DNA from: Lepidodermella squamata | Lineage: Eukaryota > Animalia > Gastrotricha | DNA: 64,000 nucleotides | Assembly (NCBI GenBank): GCA_047495785.1 | Contig: JBLDXI010000001.1 | Coordinates: 1,054,001-1,118,000, forward strand | Reading direction: 5' to 3' | Shown here: positions 51,099 through 61,916 of the stretch, in pieces | Layout: each line of letters begins with the position of its first letter | Position numbering within the stretch: the stretch's first letter is position 1 | Made by a program: the position numbers and the translations under genes | Notes under the pieces: generated by a model | The model's input: the letters and a program-made list of their open reading frames with translations, nothing else | What the model was told of the DNA's origin: nothing | The model's database searches: none

Positions 51099-52298
51099 TT
51101 ACATTGAAATATTACTCATCTCATGTAATCTCGACAATCGGCTGCAATCAACTTTTGCCAAGTTTTTGAAATCGGTGAAATGTTCTGTCGCATGGTCATA
51201 TCCTCGAGCTGGAAAATAATTAAAGAAAATGTTCCAAAATGTTGACATTTTTTTAGTTGGAAAACTTACATACGCACTCGCGAACGTTGTAGTTCTGCTG
51301 TAGTACTTTATCCGGTTGACGAGGAACGTAGACGTCAACGCCCTCGAAAGTTGAACGTTGTAATGGAAATATCCAATCGTAAGAATAATTGACCTAATAT
51401 GAATGAAAAAATTGGTATAATTCAAATTGAAATCGTAAAAACCTACGAGCCCATAACCGGATGGCTGCTGAATGATGATTTCATTCTGATCCAGACTAGA
51501 ATTACCAGCTATATTGAAGATTCGACTGCCCGTGTGATTCGAGATAGCTCCCATTATAAAAACATCGACAAACGGCCATCTCCAATCGGTTGTTTCTATT
51601 TCTTGTGAGATATTATCCGCTTGCGAGTAGCACTTGAGAATTCCGTTTCGAGAGGTGGCAAATACTGTAAAATTAGTTCCGAATTCCGCCTTAAAATCCG
51701 AGCTCCTGGCAGTAGCATTTTTAATTAAATCCGCGTAGTAATAGGAGTCTTTTTCTTCATCCAGTGAAGGAAACACGGCAATATCAACGTCATCGTCCCA
51801 AGGAATGAATTTACCGCGATGTCGGTACCAGCCGATAAGCGATCCGTAAAATATTGAATGGGTAAGGTTAGCGAGCTCTAACATCCGATTGCAAGCCTTG
51901 AGCGTCAAACGCATAGATTCATATTGATTTTCGGTGAAAGACGGGGCGAAAATCGTTTTGATTTCCGAATCAGTCAAGTTAGTCTGGTAAATTCGTGGAC
52001 CGTCGTGCTGAGTCCTATTCCTAATGACGTCGATTAGGCGAAGCATGTCCGCAAATTTAAGGACGAGTTTTTTTATATTCTCAGTTTGATCTGATGACAT
52101 AGAATTGTTGTGGTCAGGGTTGATAGCATCCTCGGACTTTCGTATTTGTCCTTTCTCGATAAGATCCTTTTTTGGTGACGGAGTTCGCAATTGAAGGTCG
52201 AATATCAGCATATTCGCTGCGATGGCAGTAAAGAGAATCGCAGCGAATAAATACCGCAAAAATTGAGAAAATGACGGATAGGATATTGGATAATGCAT
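51099..52298 (-). CDS. LicD-family phosphotransferase, copy 16 (3 exons)
   Basis: GSLIGWYRH; IPWDDDVD; exon 2 (YDWIFPLQRSTFEGV) is in a different frame from the listed ORF; exon 3 YDHATE. Confidence 0.87.
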   Translation of the reverse strand: MHYPISYPSFSQFLRYLFAAILFTAIAANMLIFDLQLRTPSPKKDLIEKGQIRKSEDAINPDHNNSMSSDQTENIKKLVLKFADMLRLIDVIRNRTQHDGPRIYQTNLTDSEIKTIFAPSFTENQYESMRLTLKACNRMLELANLTHSIFYGSLIGWYRHRGKFIPWDDDVDIAVFPSLDEEKDSYYYADLIKNATARSSDFKAEFGTNFTVFATSRNGILKCYSQADNISQEIETTDWRWPFVDVFIMGAISNHTGSRIFNIAGNSSLDQNEIIIQQPSGYGLVGFYDFNLNYTNFFIHIRSIILTIGYFHYNVQLSRALTSTFLVNRIKYYSRTTTFASAYVSFPTKKMSTFWNIFFNYFPARGYDHATEHFTDFKNLAKVDCSRLSRLHEMSNISM

Positions 52299-52484
52299 GA
52301 TAATATGAAGGGTGTTTATAAGAAAATTGGTTCAATTCCCTGAGTGTCAGGATAGTCAAATACTGGCCTCTTACTGCAGGACATGCCACACATACCACGT
52401 ATTACAATGAAAAAATGGTTGGCAGCAAGTTTTTGAACCTGCTAAACGCTTTATTTTTTATACCTACGACCAGGGCGCTTTATT

Positions 52485-53630
52485 TCAATCTAGATTTTCA
52501 CCCAATAGCTCATACTCATGAGGGTAATTTGGCTCCAAATTAGTTAGATTATACATGAAGCTGAGCTGGCTACAATTGACGACCCCACGATCTTCGATAG
52601 ACTTGATTTCTAGTTCTTTAAGGTGGTCGTATTCACGGGCTAAATATGAATGAATTAAACATTTTATTAGGTTACAATAATTTAACTCACATTTGCAAAT
52701 ACGGAAGTTGTAGTTTTGCCTCAATATCGGCTCAATTTTGTTAGGGATATTCACATCCATATCCTCGAATGTAGATCTCCGCAGAGGGAAAACCCAGTCG
52801 TATCGAAATAACACCATGCCTTGGAAAGCGTATGGCTGCTGAATGATGATATCAGCTGTATCTCCTGCGCTAAATTCCCCGACAACATTGGCGATCTCCT
52901 GGTGCGTTGAATTATAGTAGGCGCCCATTAGAAAGACGTCAACATAAGGCCATCGCCATTTATCGGTGTTAGGCAGTGGTTGCGAGATATCAGGCGATGG
53001 TGAGTAACATTTGATAGTCCTAAGAACATCATTAACTACGATCGAAAAATTATCGAACCTCGGGAAGCCCGCCATGGATGTCTTCAAAACCGTATAATAA
53101 TCCGTAATGTTTCGAAGTTTTTCCGAAGATGGGAAGATAACGATGTCGATATCATCATCCCAGGGGATGAAATGACCAGCATGACGGTACCAGCCGAGAA
53201 GAGAGCCGTAATAGAGTGAATACGTGAAATTGGCCTGTTCCAGGATCTCAATGCATGTTTTTAAGGTGAATTTCAGCGCTTGCCGTTGTTTTTCGCTAAT
53301 TTGAGGCGAGAAAAGCCGAACCATATCTGACTTCGTGAGATTCGTCCTGAATGCTAATTTGGTAGTTGTCTCCTCCTGAGGAAACATGAGATTTCTAAGG
53401 CCAGAAAGCTCATCTCGAAAATCATTCAAATCGATAAATTGAAGTTTCTCTGTAAAAGTTTCAGGACTTCTAGTCGTCTCAGTGAAGTAGTACTTGAAGT
53501 TCCAAGCTGCGATGATGTCTCGATAGGACTTATCTTCGTTCAGTTCCACGTAGAATAGCAGCAGCATTGTAACGAAAGTCGGCAGGAAAATAAGCGCTAA
53601 ACATAACGCTCGACGTTGTAGGTAATTCAT
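52485..53630 (-). CDS. LicD-family phosphotransferase, copy 17 (2 exons; intron 52640-52690)
   Basis: GSLLGWYRH; IPWDDDID; no intron 1; YDHLKE...YNLTNL. Confidence 0.88.
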   Translation of the reverse strand: MNYLQRRALCLALIFLPTFVTMLLLFYVELNEDKSYRDIIAAWNFKYYFTETTRSPETFTEKLQFIDLNDFRDELSGLRNLMFPQEETTTKLAFRTNLTKSDMVRLFSPQISEKQRQALKFTLKTCIEILEQANFTYSLYYGSLLGWYRHAGHFIPWDDDIDIVIFPSSEKLRNITDYYTVLKTSMAGFPRFDNFSIVVNDVLRTIKCYSPSPDISQPLPNTDKWRWPYVDVFLMGAYYNSTHQEIANVVGEFSAGDTADIIIQQPYAFQGMVLFRYDWVFPLRRSTFEDMDVNIPNKIEPILRQNYNFRICKCELNYCNLIKCLIHSYLAREYDHLKELEIKSIEDRGVVNCSQLSFMYNLTNLEPNYPHEYELLGENLD

Positions 53631-53810
53631 GCGCTATTTCGTCAGCAAATTTCAAGGTACTAAAAAGTGTTGCACATAATGTAACAATGCGTACAAATTT
53701 TGTAAATAGGCTTTTGTATAACGAGTGCAAAGTTTGTATAACGAGTGCCTCAAAGTGTGAATTTGGTATTACAAACTTTTTATTCAATTTTCAAGTGGAA
53801 AAATGGGTGA

Positions 53811-54947
53811 TCATTTGATGTTTGTTACACGGAGTAGTCTTTTCAGGATCTTGCAAGCAACTTTTGGCAGAGAAAAATTTCCGACAGCCGAGTCAAAGCG
53901 ATAGAGCCATTGGCTTGCTGAGAAAATGTTGAATTTAGCTAAATTTTGATCATTTTTTTTTATAAAATACCTTGACACGATTCGATGTGATAGATCCTTT
54001 TCAGAATTTTGAGCGGCTGATTAGGGACGTAGACAGGAATTCCCTCAAGCTTTGAAGGCTTCAAAGGGAAAACCCAATCGAAAGGATATGCCAACTGTGA
54101 AAATATGTAAAAATAAATTGCTTAAAAATATAAATTACGTTACTTTGCCCCGCCGCCAATGATGTCGAGCTTTGATGACTAAATTTCGCGATATTTCAGA
54201 ATGAATTCGGTCGAAATTGTAGAAAACCGCAGATTTATTGATTAAGGACGCAGCTTGGACGATGTTAATGTCAACGAAGGGCCATCTCCAGTTTTGAACG
54301 GGGCTTGATACGTCGCTATCAGTCGAAAAACATTTGACATTGATCGTACCGCCTTCGAAATCTTCGGCAAACGTTGAAAAATTGCCAAATTTGCGTTGGA
54401 AAGTTGCGTTTGTAATGGCGATTTCAAGCAGAGACCACGCGATGCCCATTCCTCCAGCGTGATTGTCTCGCCTTGGGTAAACGACCAGCTCCAAATGATC
54501 ACTCCATGGGATGAAACTGTGGTCATGTCGGTACCAGCCGAGTAAAGTACCATGAAATAGAGAGAATTCAATGCCAGCATTATTTAAAAGCTCAATACAG
54601 CCTTTTAGAGTTTTACGACTTGCTTCAAGTTCCGAAGCGTTCAGAGCCGGGGCGAAAGCTTCTTTGATTTCTGTCAAATCGTCCAGCTGTTCAAACCGGT
54701 GGGGTGAAGCGTATTCTGAAAGGCCTATCTCAGCCTTAGTTCCAACCTCGTGATGATCCGATAAGGTAATTTCGCTTTTCGGCGGTTTTGTCGTAGTAGT
54801 AAGGTCGCGAGTTGAATCATCGAAGAAACATGGCTTTCCCAGGGTGAAGATGGTTAGCAGAAGGCTCGATGCGAAGACAACGACCAAAAGGCATTGCACA
54901 AAGCTGTTTCTCATGGCATTACCTGAAAAGCACTTGTTACGGGCCAT
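53811..54947 (-). CDS. LicD-family protein, copy 18, degenerate catalytic motif (3 exons)
   Basis: GTLLGWYRH retained but IPWSDHLE replaces IPWDDDID; exons intact and in frame. Confidence 0.83.
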
Positions 54948-55106
54948 GCTGAGGTTTTTTACGCCTCTTAATGCCACAATGGCTAACACGAGCGTTGGCG
55001 TATTTACGTTGTTTATACAAAAAGGTGACCGTAAAAAATCTCAGTTAGGAGCCTTTTTATTTTAATGAGAAACTATCACAGATCTCTCGAGTTGCCAAGT
55101 TAATAA

Positions 55107-56453
55107 TTAATATTGGGTCATGTTCACGGTGGAGAAATGAGCATAATCGTCTTCAGTCATAGATTTATCTTGCTCGAATCCGAATCTCGGCCGTTTCGCG
55201 CGGTATTTCGGCCAGATTAAATTCGTAAAATTGTAATAATTCGCCAGCCTCGAGCAGTTAACAGTTCCAATCGATGTCCTCGATAGTCCTTTCTCCAAGC
55301 TATGAATATACCACGGAGCTGAAGAAAATAAAAAAAATAAAAAAATTACTTGAAAATGGGGAGTCTCACATTGACAAAGCCGAAGATTGTAAGATCTAAC
55401 AAGAACTTTTCCCGGGTTATTCGGTACGAAAACATCGACAGATTCGAACTTGGCAGGTTTCAGCGGGAAGATCCAGTCGTAAGGGTAAGAAAATTTGCTT
55501 TTCGAGGTTTGGCCAATCAGGCGGACGAAAATATTCTCGCTGATTTCAGAGAAATTTCTCATCAAATTTCTGTACTCCTTCCCGGTTTTCAACGAAATTC
55601 CTTCTGCGACGAAGAAATCAATGTAAGGCCAATTCCATTGCTTCCCTGGGACGCTTTTCGAGTATTCAGGTGATAGTGAAAAACATTTAATTGTATCCTT
55701 ATTGTAAGGGATCATGTTGAATTTCCCGAAAGTTGTTAGAAATGTCAAATTTGACAATGCCGTGCTTCTCATCCTTACCGCCATCTCGGTATTACTCGGA
55801 AAATCCGAGTCGGAAAAAATCACTAAATCCATGTCATCGTCCCAGGGTATAAAGCTACCATTATGGCGATACCAGCCAATCAAAGAGCCGAACATTAACG
55901 AAAAGTTCAGCTTCGCCGATCGGACGAGTTCGACGCAACCTTTCAAAACATGTCGGTACATTTCGTAATCGGTTTTCGAAAGTCTTCGGCGGTAAACATC
56001 TCTCATTTCTTCGTCCGTGAAATTGCTTCGATAAATCTTTTCCGCTTCGTTGACGTTATGAAAGTAGTCGTAATAGCTAACGTTATACGTCGCTTCCATT
56101 TCCGTAGAATTGGCCGAAATTCGCGTTGTTGTTCGCCTTACCCTTGACCGAGTATCTTCGCTTTTGCGGATTTCAAGTTGGAACGACGTTGTTTTTAATG
56201 GAACCTCCTTTGCCCCAGATTGGGAAGACAGCTGAGAAAGCATCTTAGGTTTGCGAGTTTTGTCCTCATGATAATAGAAAACAGCACTCTCGGCGTAAAG
56301 ATCGAAAAATTCCGATTTTTCCGCGTCATTTCCAGACGGAATAGGATCAATTTTATCCGGCTGGTTTTCCCAAAATATAAAAATTGTTAATATTGCTACA
56401 GCGATGATAGTTACTAGCCTATAAGCTAGCCGTTTTAATACTAGCATAGTCAT
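55107..56453 (-). CDS. LicD-family phosphotransferase, copy 19 (2 exons; intron 55319-55369)
   Basis: GSLIGWYRH; IPWDDDMD; long stem; C-terminal extension. Confidence 0.88.
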   Translation of the reverse strand: MTMLVLKRLAYRLVTIIAVAILTIFIFWENQPDKIDPIPSGNDAEKSEFFDLYAESAVFYYHEDKTRKPKMLSQLSSQSGAKEVPLKTTSFQLEIRKSEDTRSRVRRTTTRISANSTEMEATYNVSYYDYFHNVNEAEKIYRSNFTDEEMRDVYRRRLSKTDYEMYRHVLKGCVELVRSAKLNFSLMFGSLIGWYRHNGSFIPWDDDMDLVIFSDSDFPSNTEMAVRMRSTALSNLTFLTTFGKFNMIPYNKDTIKCFSLSPEYSKSVPGKQWNWPYIDFFVAEGISLKTGKEYRNLMRNFSEISENIFVRLIGQTSKSKFSYPYDWIFPLKPAKFESVDVFVPNNPGKVLVRSYNLRLCQCETPHFQVIFLFFLFSSAPWYIHSLEKGLSRTSIGTVNCSRLANYYNFTNLIWPKYRAKRPRFGFEQDKSMTEDDYAHFSTVNMTQY

Positions 56454-56637
56454 CTCGTAACACTATGTAACATGAAATGCTTGAGCCTTGTAGCGAGTAG
56501 GATGGACAAAAACAAAATGTTTGTCAACACCGAGTGCACAGTTTTAACGTTTTGATACTCATCAGTATTACTTTTATTTTTTTCGAGAAATTCGGATGCT
56601 TATTTATATCACAGATCGCCGAAGAATTGGAATTGCC

Positions 56638-57905
56638 TCATAGATTCAACTTGCTTGTATCGAATCTTAGTCGCTTTGCGAGAATGTTCGGCCAGCTTAA
56701 ATTCGTAAAATTATATAAATTTGCGAGCCTGGTACAGTTGACAGCGGCAATAAGTCTCCTCGATAACCCTTTCTCCAAGCTGTGAATGTACCAGGAGGCT
56801 AAAAAATATTGTTGAAGAATAGAAAAAATAGCTATGAAAATATCAAAGTCTTACATTGACAAAGCCGCAGAGTGTAAGACCTGATTAGAACTTTTCCAGG
56901 GCTATTCGGTACGAAAACATCGACAGATTCGAACTTGGCAGGTCTCAGCGGGAAGATCCAGTCGTAAGGGTAAATGAATTTGCTCTGCGGAATTTGACCT
57001 GGAAGACGGACAAGCAGATCGGAGTCATCTTTGCCAACTCTCATCGGCTTTTTCATCGAGGTATGTCTATCAAGTATCTCTGCGACTAAAATGTCGATGT
57101 AAGGCCACATCCACGGATATCCTGGGACAATTTTCGAATATCCACGCGATGTTGAATAGCATTTAATTGTATCCTTGTTAGACGGCAATATGTCAAACCT
57201 TCCGAATGTTGTAAGGAATGTAAAATTTGACAATGCCGCCATTTTCATTCTAACCGCAATGTCGATATTACTCGCCCAGCTATTGTCGGGAAAAATGACT
57301 AGATCAACATCGTCGTCCCAGGGAATGAAGCTCTCGTTATGCCGATACCAGCCTATTAAAGAGCCAAACATCAACGAAAAGCTCAGTTTTGCCGACCTTG
57401 CTAGCTCGGTACATCCTTTCAATACATGTCGGTAGGCCTGGTATTCGGAGTCTGACAATGCTCGTCGATAAACTGTTCCCAGCTCTTCGTCCGTAAGGTT
57501 GCTTCGATAAACCTTTGTCTCATTGAATTCGTGAAAGTAGTCATAATAGCTGACATTGTACGTCGCTTCGAGCTCGGTAATATTACCCGAGCTTACCGTT
57601 GTAGTTCGCCTTATTATTGCAGCTGTTTTTGCTGTTTCCGATTTCTTCGCATCTGATTGGGAAGGTCGAGAAAGCCGCGGCAAAGTAATGGAAACTTTAG
57701 GCTCTGTTTCGTCCTCGTGGTAATAGAAAAAATCATTCTCCTTAACGAAAGGTCCCATGATTTTCGCCGTTTTCGCGACTTCTGGAAACTGAATTGGCGT
57801 TTCATCGGCCTGCCAATTGCTTAGAAGCGTTAAAATTGACAATGCTGCTACAACGATCAAAATTAGTCGTTTCGAAGTTAGCCGACGTAATACTACCTTA
57901 TGCAT
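56638..57905 (-). CDS. LicD-family phosphotransferase, copy 20 (2 exons)
   Basis: Close paralog of copy 19; IPWDDDVD; last exon WYIHSLEKG...YNFTNL. Confidence 0.88.
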
Positions 57906-58015
57906 CTCGTTTCACAGGTAAAAGATCTACTTGAACTAATGATGCTAATAGTAATACTTATGCATAAAAAATAGACAGCAAGTGCATCATAATTTTATTA
58001 CGTTTAACAGCAATT

Positions 58016-59313
58016 TTAATACTCATCATAAGCCGCATAAAATTCCTGGATCTCATCCAAGTTGGTTAATTTCGATATCGCTGCGATTTGCGAACAGTTC
58101 ACCGAAACAAATTGCTCAGCTGGTTCAGCCACATTCAAATATGCTGGAAATTAATCCAAGATTTATTCTTTAATTTTCCGGCGATTTTGGCTTAAATTAT
58201 TACCTGAGCAAAGGTCCAGGTGATAATCAGCTGATAGGACCGACAGGGGATTGCTTGGAACAAAAGTCTCGATGCCTTCAAATTCGGTAGGTACCAGCGG
58301 AAAGATGTCATCAATGTGAAAAATTTGCTGAAAATTGAACATTTTATGAGAAATTTTGTAGTAATTTTCCGACATCTTACTGTTTCATTTAGCTCGAAAC
58401 CAGCTGGTGTGATCGCAACATCTCTGCAGGCCAAATTTGCATAAGCAACCAAATTGTGGAGGCTTACATTAGTGGAGATAGACTGGGCCTCCATCAAAAA
58501 GATGCTCACATACGGTTGGGAACGTTTGCTTTCAGACGAAATTTGCAAGCATTTCAAATAATTGCCAGATTCCAGAACATTCAACTTCGGAAATTTCGAC
58601 CTGAATGCCTGATTTCGGCTAGCATTATCGTTCAAAAGCCGAGCGACAAATGAGGTGTTCCACGGGTGATTAAATGACGAGAATAGCGCCAGGTGGGCCG
58701 CTTCATTCCACGGGACAAAACCAGCATCGTGTCGGTACCAGCCGAGCAGCGAATCGTAAAATAACGAGTAGGCTATCCCAGAATTTTCAAGCATTTCAAT
58801 GCAACCGCGAAGGGTCGATATTAACAAATTTCGGTCATCCTGCTTTAATTTCGGCCCGAAATAATTTAAAAGCTGAGCCTGATTTAAAACCGATGAATTC
58901 ACGTGAGAGAGCTGGTGTTCAGTCAGCCCTTCGAGAGGATCAAAGTCGCTCGAATTAGTTGCTGGCAATGTTTCATTGCCGGGATCCTTCGGCAGAAATG
59001 CGGCGCCGAAAGCAGTTAGAGGTTTTTCAGTGTTGAACCGACTTCTTTTCCGCTTGACTGATTTCGGCGTTGGAACCGCGAACGGCTCCAGACGCTTTCG
59101 AACTTGAAACTCGAGAATTTTAACATTAATTTCAGCCTCAATCGAAGTTTTCGGCTCGGTATGTACGAATATTTGTTCGTATTTAGAATGCTGACTGGGC
59201 GGGCTAGTGGCTCCAGGCCGTTCGGTAACAACAATGTAAACAGCCTCAGCCACCAGGGCAGTGATGATAAAGACAGCAATTAAGCCTCGATTCGCGATTA
59301 AAAATGCAATCAT
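58016..59313 (-). CDS. LicD-family protein, copy 21, degenerate catalytic motif (3 exons)
   Basis: YDSLLGWYRH...VPWNEAAH; WRWP replaced by RSQP; exons intact and in frame. Confidence 0.82.
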
Positions 59314-59510
59314 TTGTTAGAAAAAATTAACAAAAAAACGCCCGCGTTTGAAATTACAAATAAAAAACTGCTCGAGTGAAGTATTCGCGTCAATTACTAT
59401 ACCATAGCTAGGAAAAAGTCGTGACCAAGTAATGTGTGGACGCTGCCAGGGCTCGAAACCACAGAAAAAATGATGAAGGCTGATTTTAATCACGAAAATT
59501 CAATCGTTTT

Positions 59511-60822
59511 TTATTCATAAGAAAGATAGTAACGTTCCACCTCGTCAAGGTTAGTTATGTTATAAATTCCCTCCAGCTTTGAGCAAGTCACCTTGGAAAT
59601 CGTATTTTCATCGACATTTTCTTCTATCCGATGATTCCTGTGATTAGCTGAAAAAATCAAGTTCAGCTCTTAAATTCACTCAGCTATAGAAGATAACTTA
59701 CTGACACACAAATCAACATGAAAATTTGCTACCAGGACAGGTAACGGATCTTGTGGAATCCACACATCAAAACCTTGGAATGTATCACGTCGTAACGGGA
59801 AAATCCAATCGTACCAATAAGTTGCCTGATCAAATTAATGGTTATAATAAAAGATAAAAATCCAGATTACTTACCGTTTCCCATTGAACACCCGAAGGCT
59901 CACCGATATACGCATCCCACAACTCCGTGCTGTTGTAGTTTACTATATCGTAAATTGTCGTATTCTGCGATTTCGACATTGCCTCCATCGGGAAAAGGTC
60001 GACAAACGGCCATTTCCAGGTCGCATTTTCCTTGCTATTTAAAATGGGTTGTGAGATATTCGGAGAGTCTGAATAGCATTTCAGAATAATTCCACCTAAA
60101 GCTATTTTAAATGGCCCGAATACAGCCCGAAAAGTAGCGTTGTTATCAGAGGCGGCTTCAAGCATTTCAGCAATGCGAGTTAGGTTCCATGGTTCGTCGA
60201 AAGACGAAAACATCGCAAGATCAGCATCGTCGTCCCACGGAATTAAACGACGGTTATGCCGGTACCAGCCTAGCAATCCACCGTAATATAACGAGTAGGT
60301 AATGTTCGCATTCTGCAAAAGCTCGATGCAACCTCGCATGGTGAAAACAAGAGCTTCTCGTTCCTTATCAGTCAGCGCTGGTTTGAAGTGCTCTCTCAAC
60401 TCGTTTTTGGTCAAGTTCATCGAGTAATACCAGTGAAAATATGCATGCTCACTGTAATCTGTGTTGTTCTCGCTTCCAACAGCTGTACTACTATCGCCTA
60501 TACTACTATTGACGTGTGATTTTTCCGTCGCCGCTGTCACTCTAGCAGGCTGCTGTTTGATTTGAGTTGTTTTAGTTTTTGTCGAATTCGACAGAGTTCC
60601 AGAAACAAATAAGCGGCTTCGGGCTTTGATTCCTTCAGTTGGTGTTGGGATTTTAGTTGAAAGTCGCGACGTTGTGAGGACCAGCTTATCGTTTGTTGGG
60701 AGAAGGCTATCGTCAGTTCCCGACCTCTCCATTACGACGATTATGGTGAAAACCTGAAAGCTGAGGGCGCAGAAGATGAGTAAAACCAAATATTTGCGCC
60801 TCGCGCCTAGGAACACCAGCAT
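59511..60822 (-). CDS. LicD-family phosphotransferase, copy 22 (3 exons, Ser/Thr-rich stem)
   Basis: GGLLGWYRH; IPWDDDAD; exon 3 RNHRIEE...YNITNL. Confidence 0.87.
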
Positions 60823-61451
60823 ATTGGATAGTCGACCGAAAAAGGAAGGGTTGTTTCAAGCCACTGAACACTGCTGGACGTTAAACAACATCGCATAGAT
60901 ATATATGTGTGTATCACGTTTACTATATTTTGTTTCGTGCTTTTACGCTTTTTTACGTGCTCGTTTGGTGTATCTCCAGTTATTTCTGCCATGTTAAATT
61001 GTAATATGTTGGATCAATTTGGCAGAAAAGTGTAAGAGAAGTTTTTTCAGAAAAGAATTGCTTTCTCGCTTTTTACCTATTACCTCTGTTCTCGAAATGT
61101 GATCGGTCGCCAATAGCTTAAAAAGTTTCGCTTTAAGAAGCGAGAGCTTGAAAGAGAAAATCGCCATTCTTTAGGCTTTAAAACTGCTTCAATTTCGATT
61201 CAATTAGAGTTGTAAATTTATTTTAACCGCTCAGACAAAGTCTCGTAATACGTCGTTGAATAACTCGGATTCAGGCTTGTTTACGTCAGCTTCAAGGTGA
61301 CCGGCGACAAGTATGACATCGGTGTTGCTTTACGTGAATGAAGAGGCAAAATGATTCATTACAAATGGCTCTTTACTTGCCACCTGACACCTTAACGTAA
61401 AAAAGCCGAAATCCGAGATATTCAACGACGCTATAAGATATAGCTATATGT

Positions 61452-61742
61452 AGGCTGATTTTATTCACGAAAATTCAATCACCATTGGACGTTAAATAAC
61501 TCCACATACGTATGCACTACGTTGTTACTATATTTTTATTGTTTCGTGCTTTTACGCTTTTTAACGTGCTTGGTTGCATAGTTATTTCTGCTCGGCTTCA
61601 TTATATTTCAAGTCAATTTTACAAAAAACCAAATACAACACTTGGCGGGTTTCATCAGCCCAATGACGAAGTAGAATGGCTTTCTCGCGTTTGCTTGAAT
61701 GTTCTCTTGAAATGTGAGCGATCGACAGAAGCTGAAAAAGTT
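61452..61742. repeat. Diverged duplicate of both flanks of LicD copy 22
   Basis: 61452-61480 matches 59477-59505 (28/29 nt). 61486-61742 matches 60875-61127 in blocks, e.g. TTGTTTCGTGCTTTTACGCTTTTT and AGTTATTTCTGC. Confidence 0.75.
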
Positions 61743-61916
61743 GCCATTAGGCCATTAGGCAAGCAACGCAGCGGTGACCTTTTGCTGCTTATTGCCACTA
61801 ATTAGCAATGAAGCCGACCTTTGCTGTCTGCGTTTTATTACTTATGTGGTGAAAAAGCGTGCGATTTGATTACTTCAGCCATCACGCATCTATTGCCTGT
61901 TTGACCCGTTTCAAAA

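Noticed and set aside
53713-53748. Short tandem duplications (TTTGTATAACGAGTGC x2; also CCTCTACTTACG x2 near 21044)
   Set aside because: Two-copy slippage events with no evidence of function.
51099-56453. Long single ORFs for LicD 16, 17 and 19 taken as intronless genes
   Set aside because: They read through stop-free introns with canonical sites at the conserved positions; in copy 16 the conserved exon 2 is in another frame.
14904-57435. Recurrent + strand ORFs containing MSSSHG..DLL..YQP
   Set aside because: They are the antisense shadow of the conserved GWYRH..PWDDD codons of the LicD genes; there is no independent coding signal.
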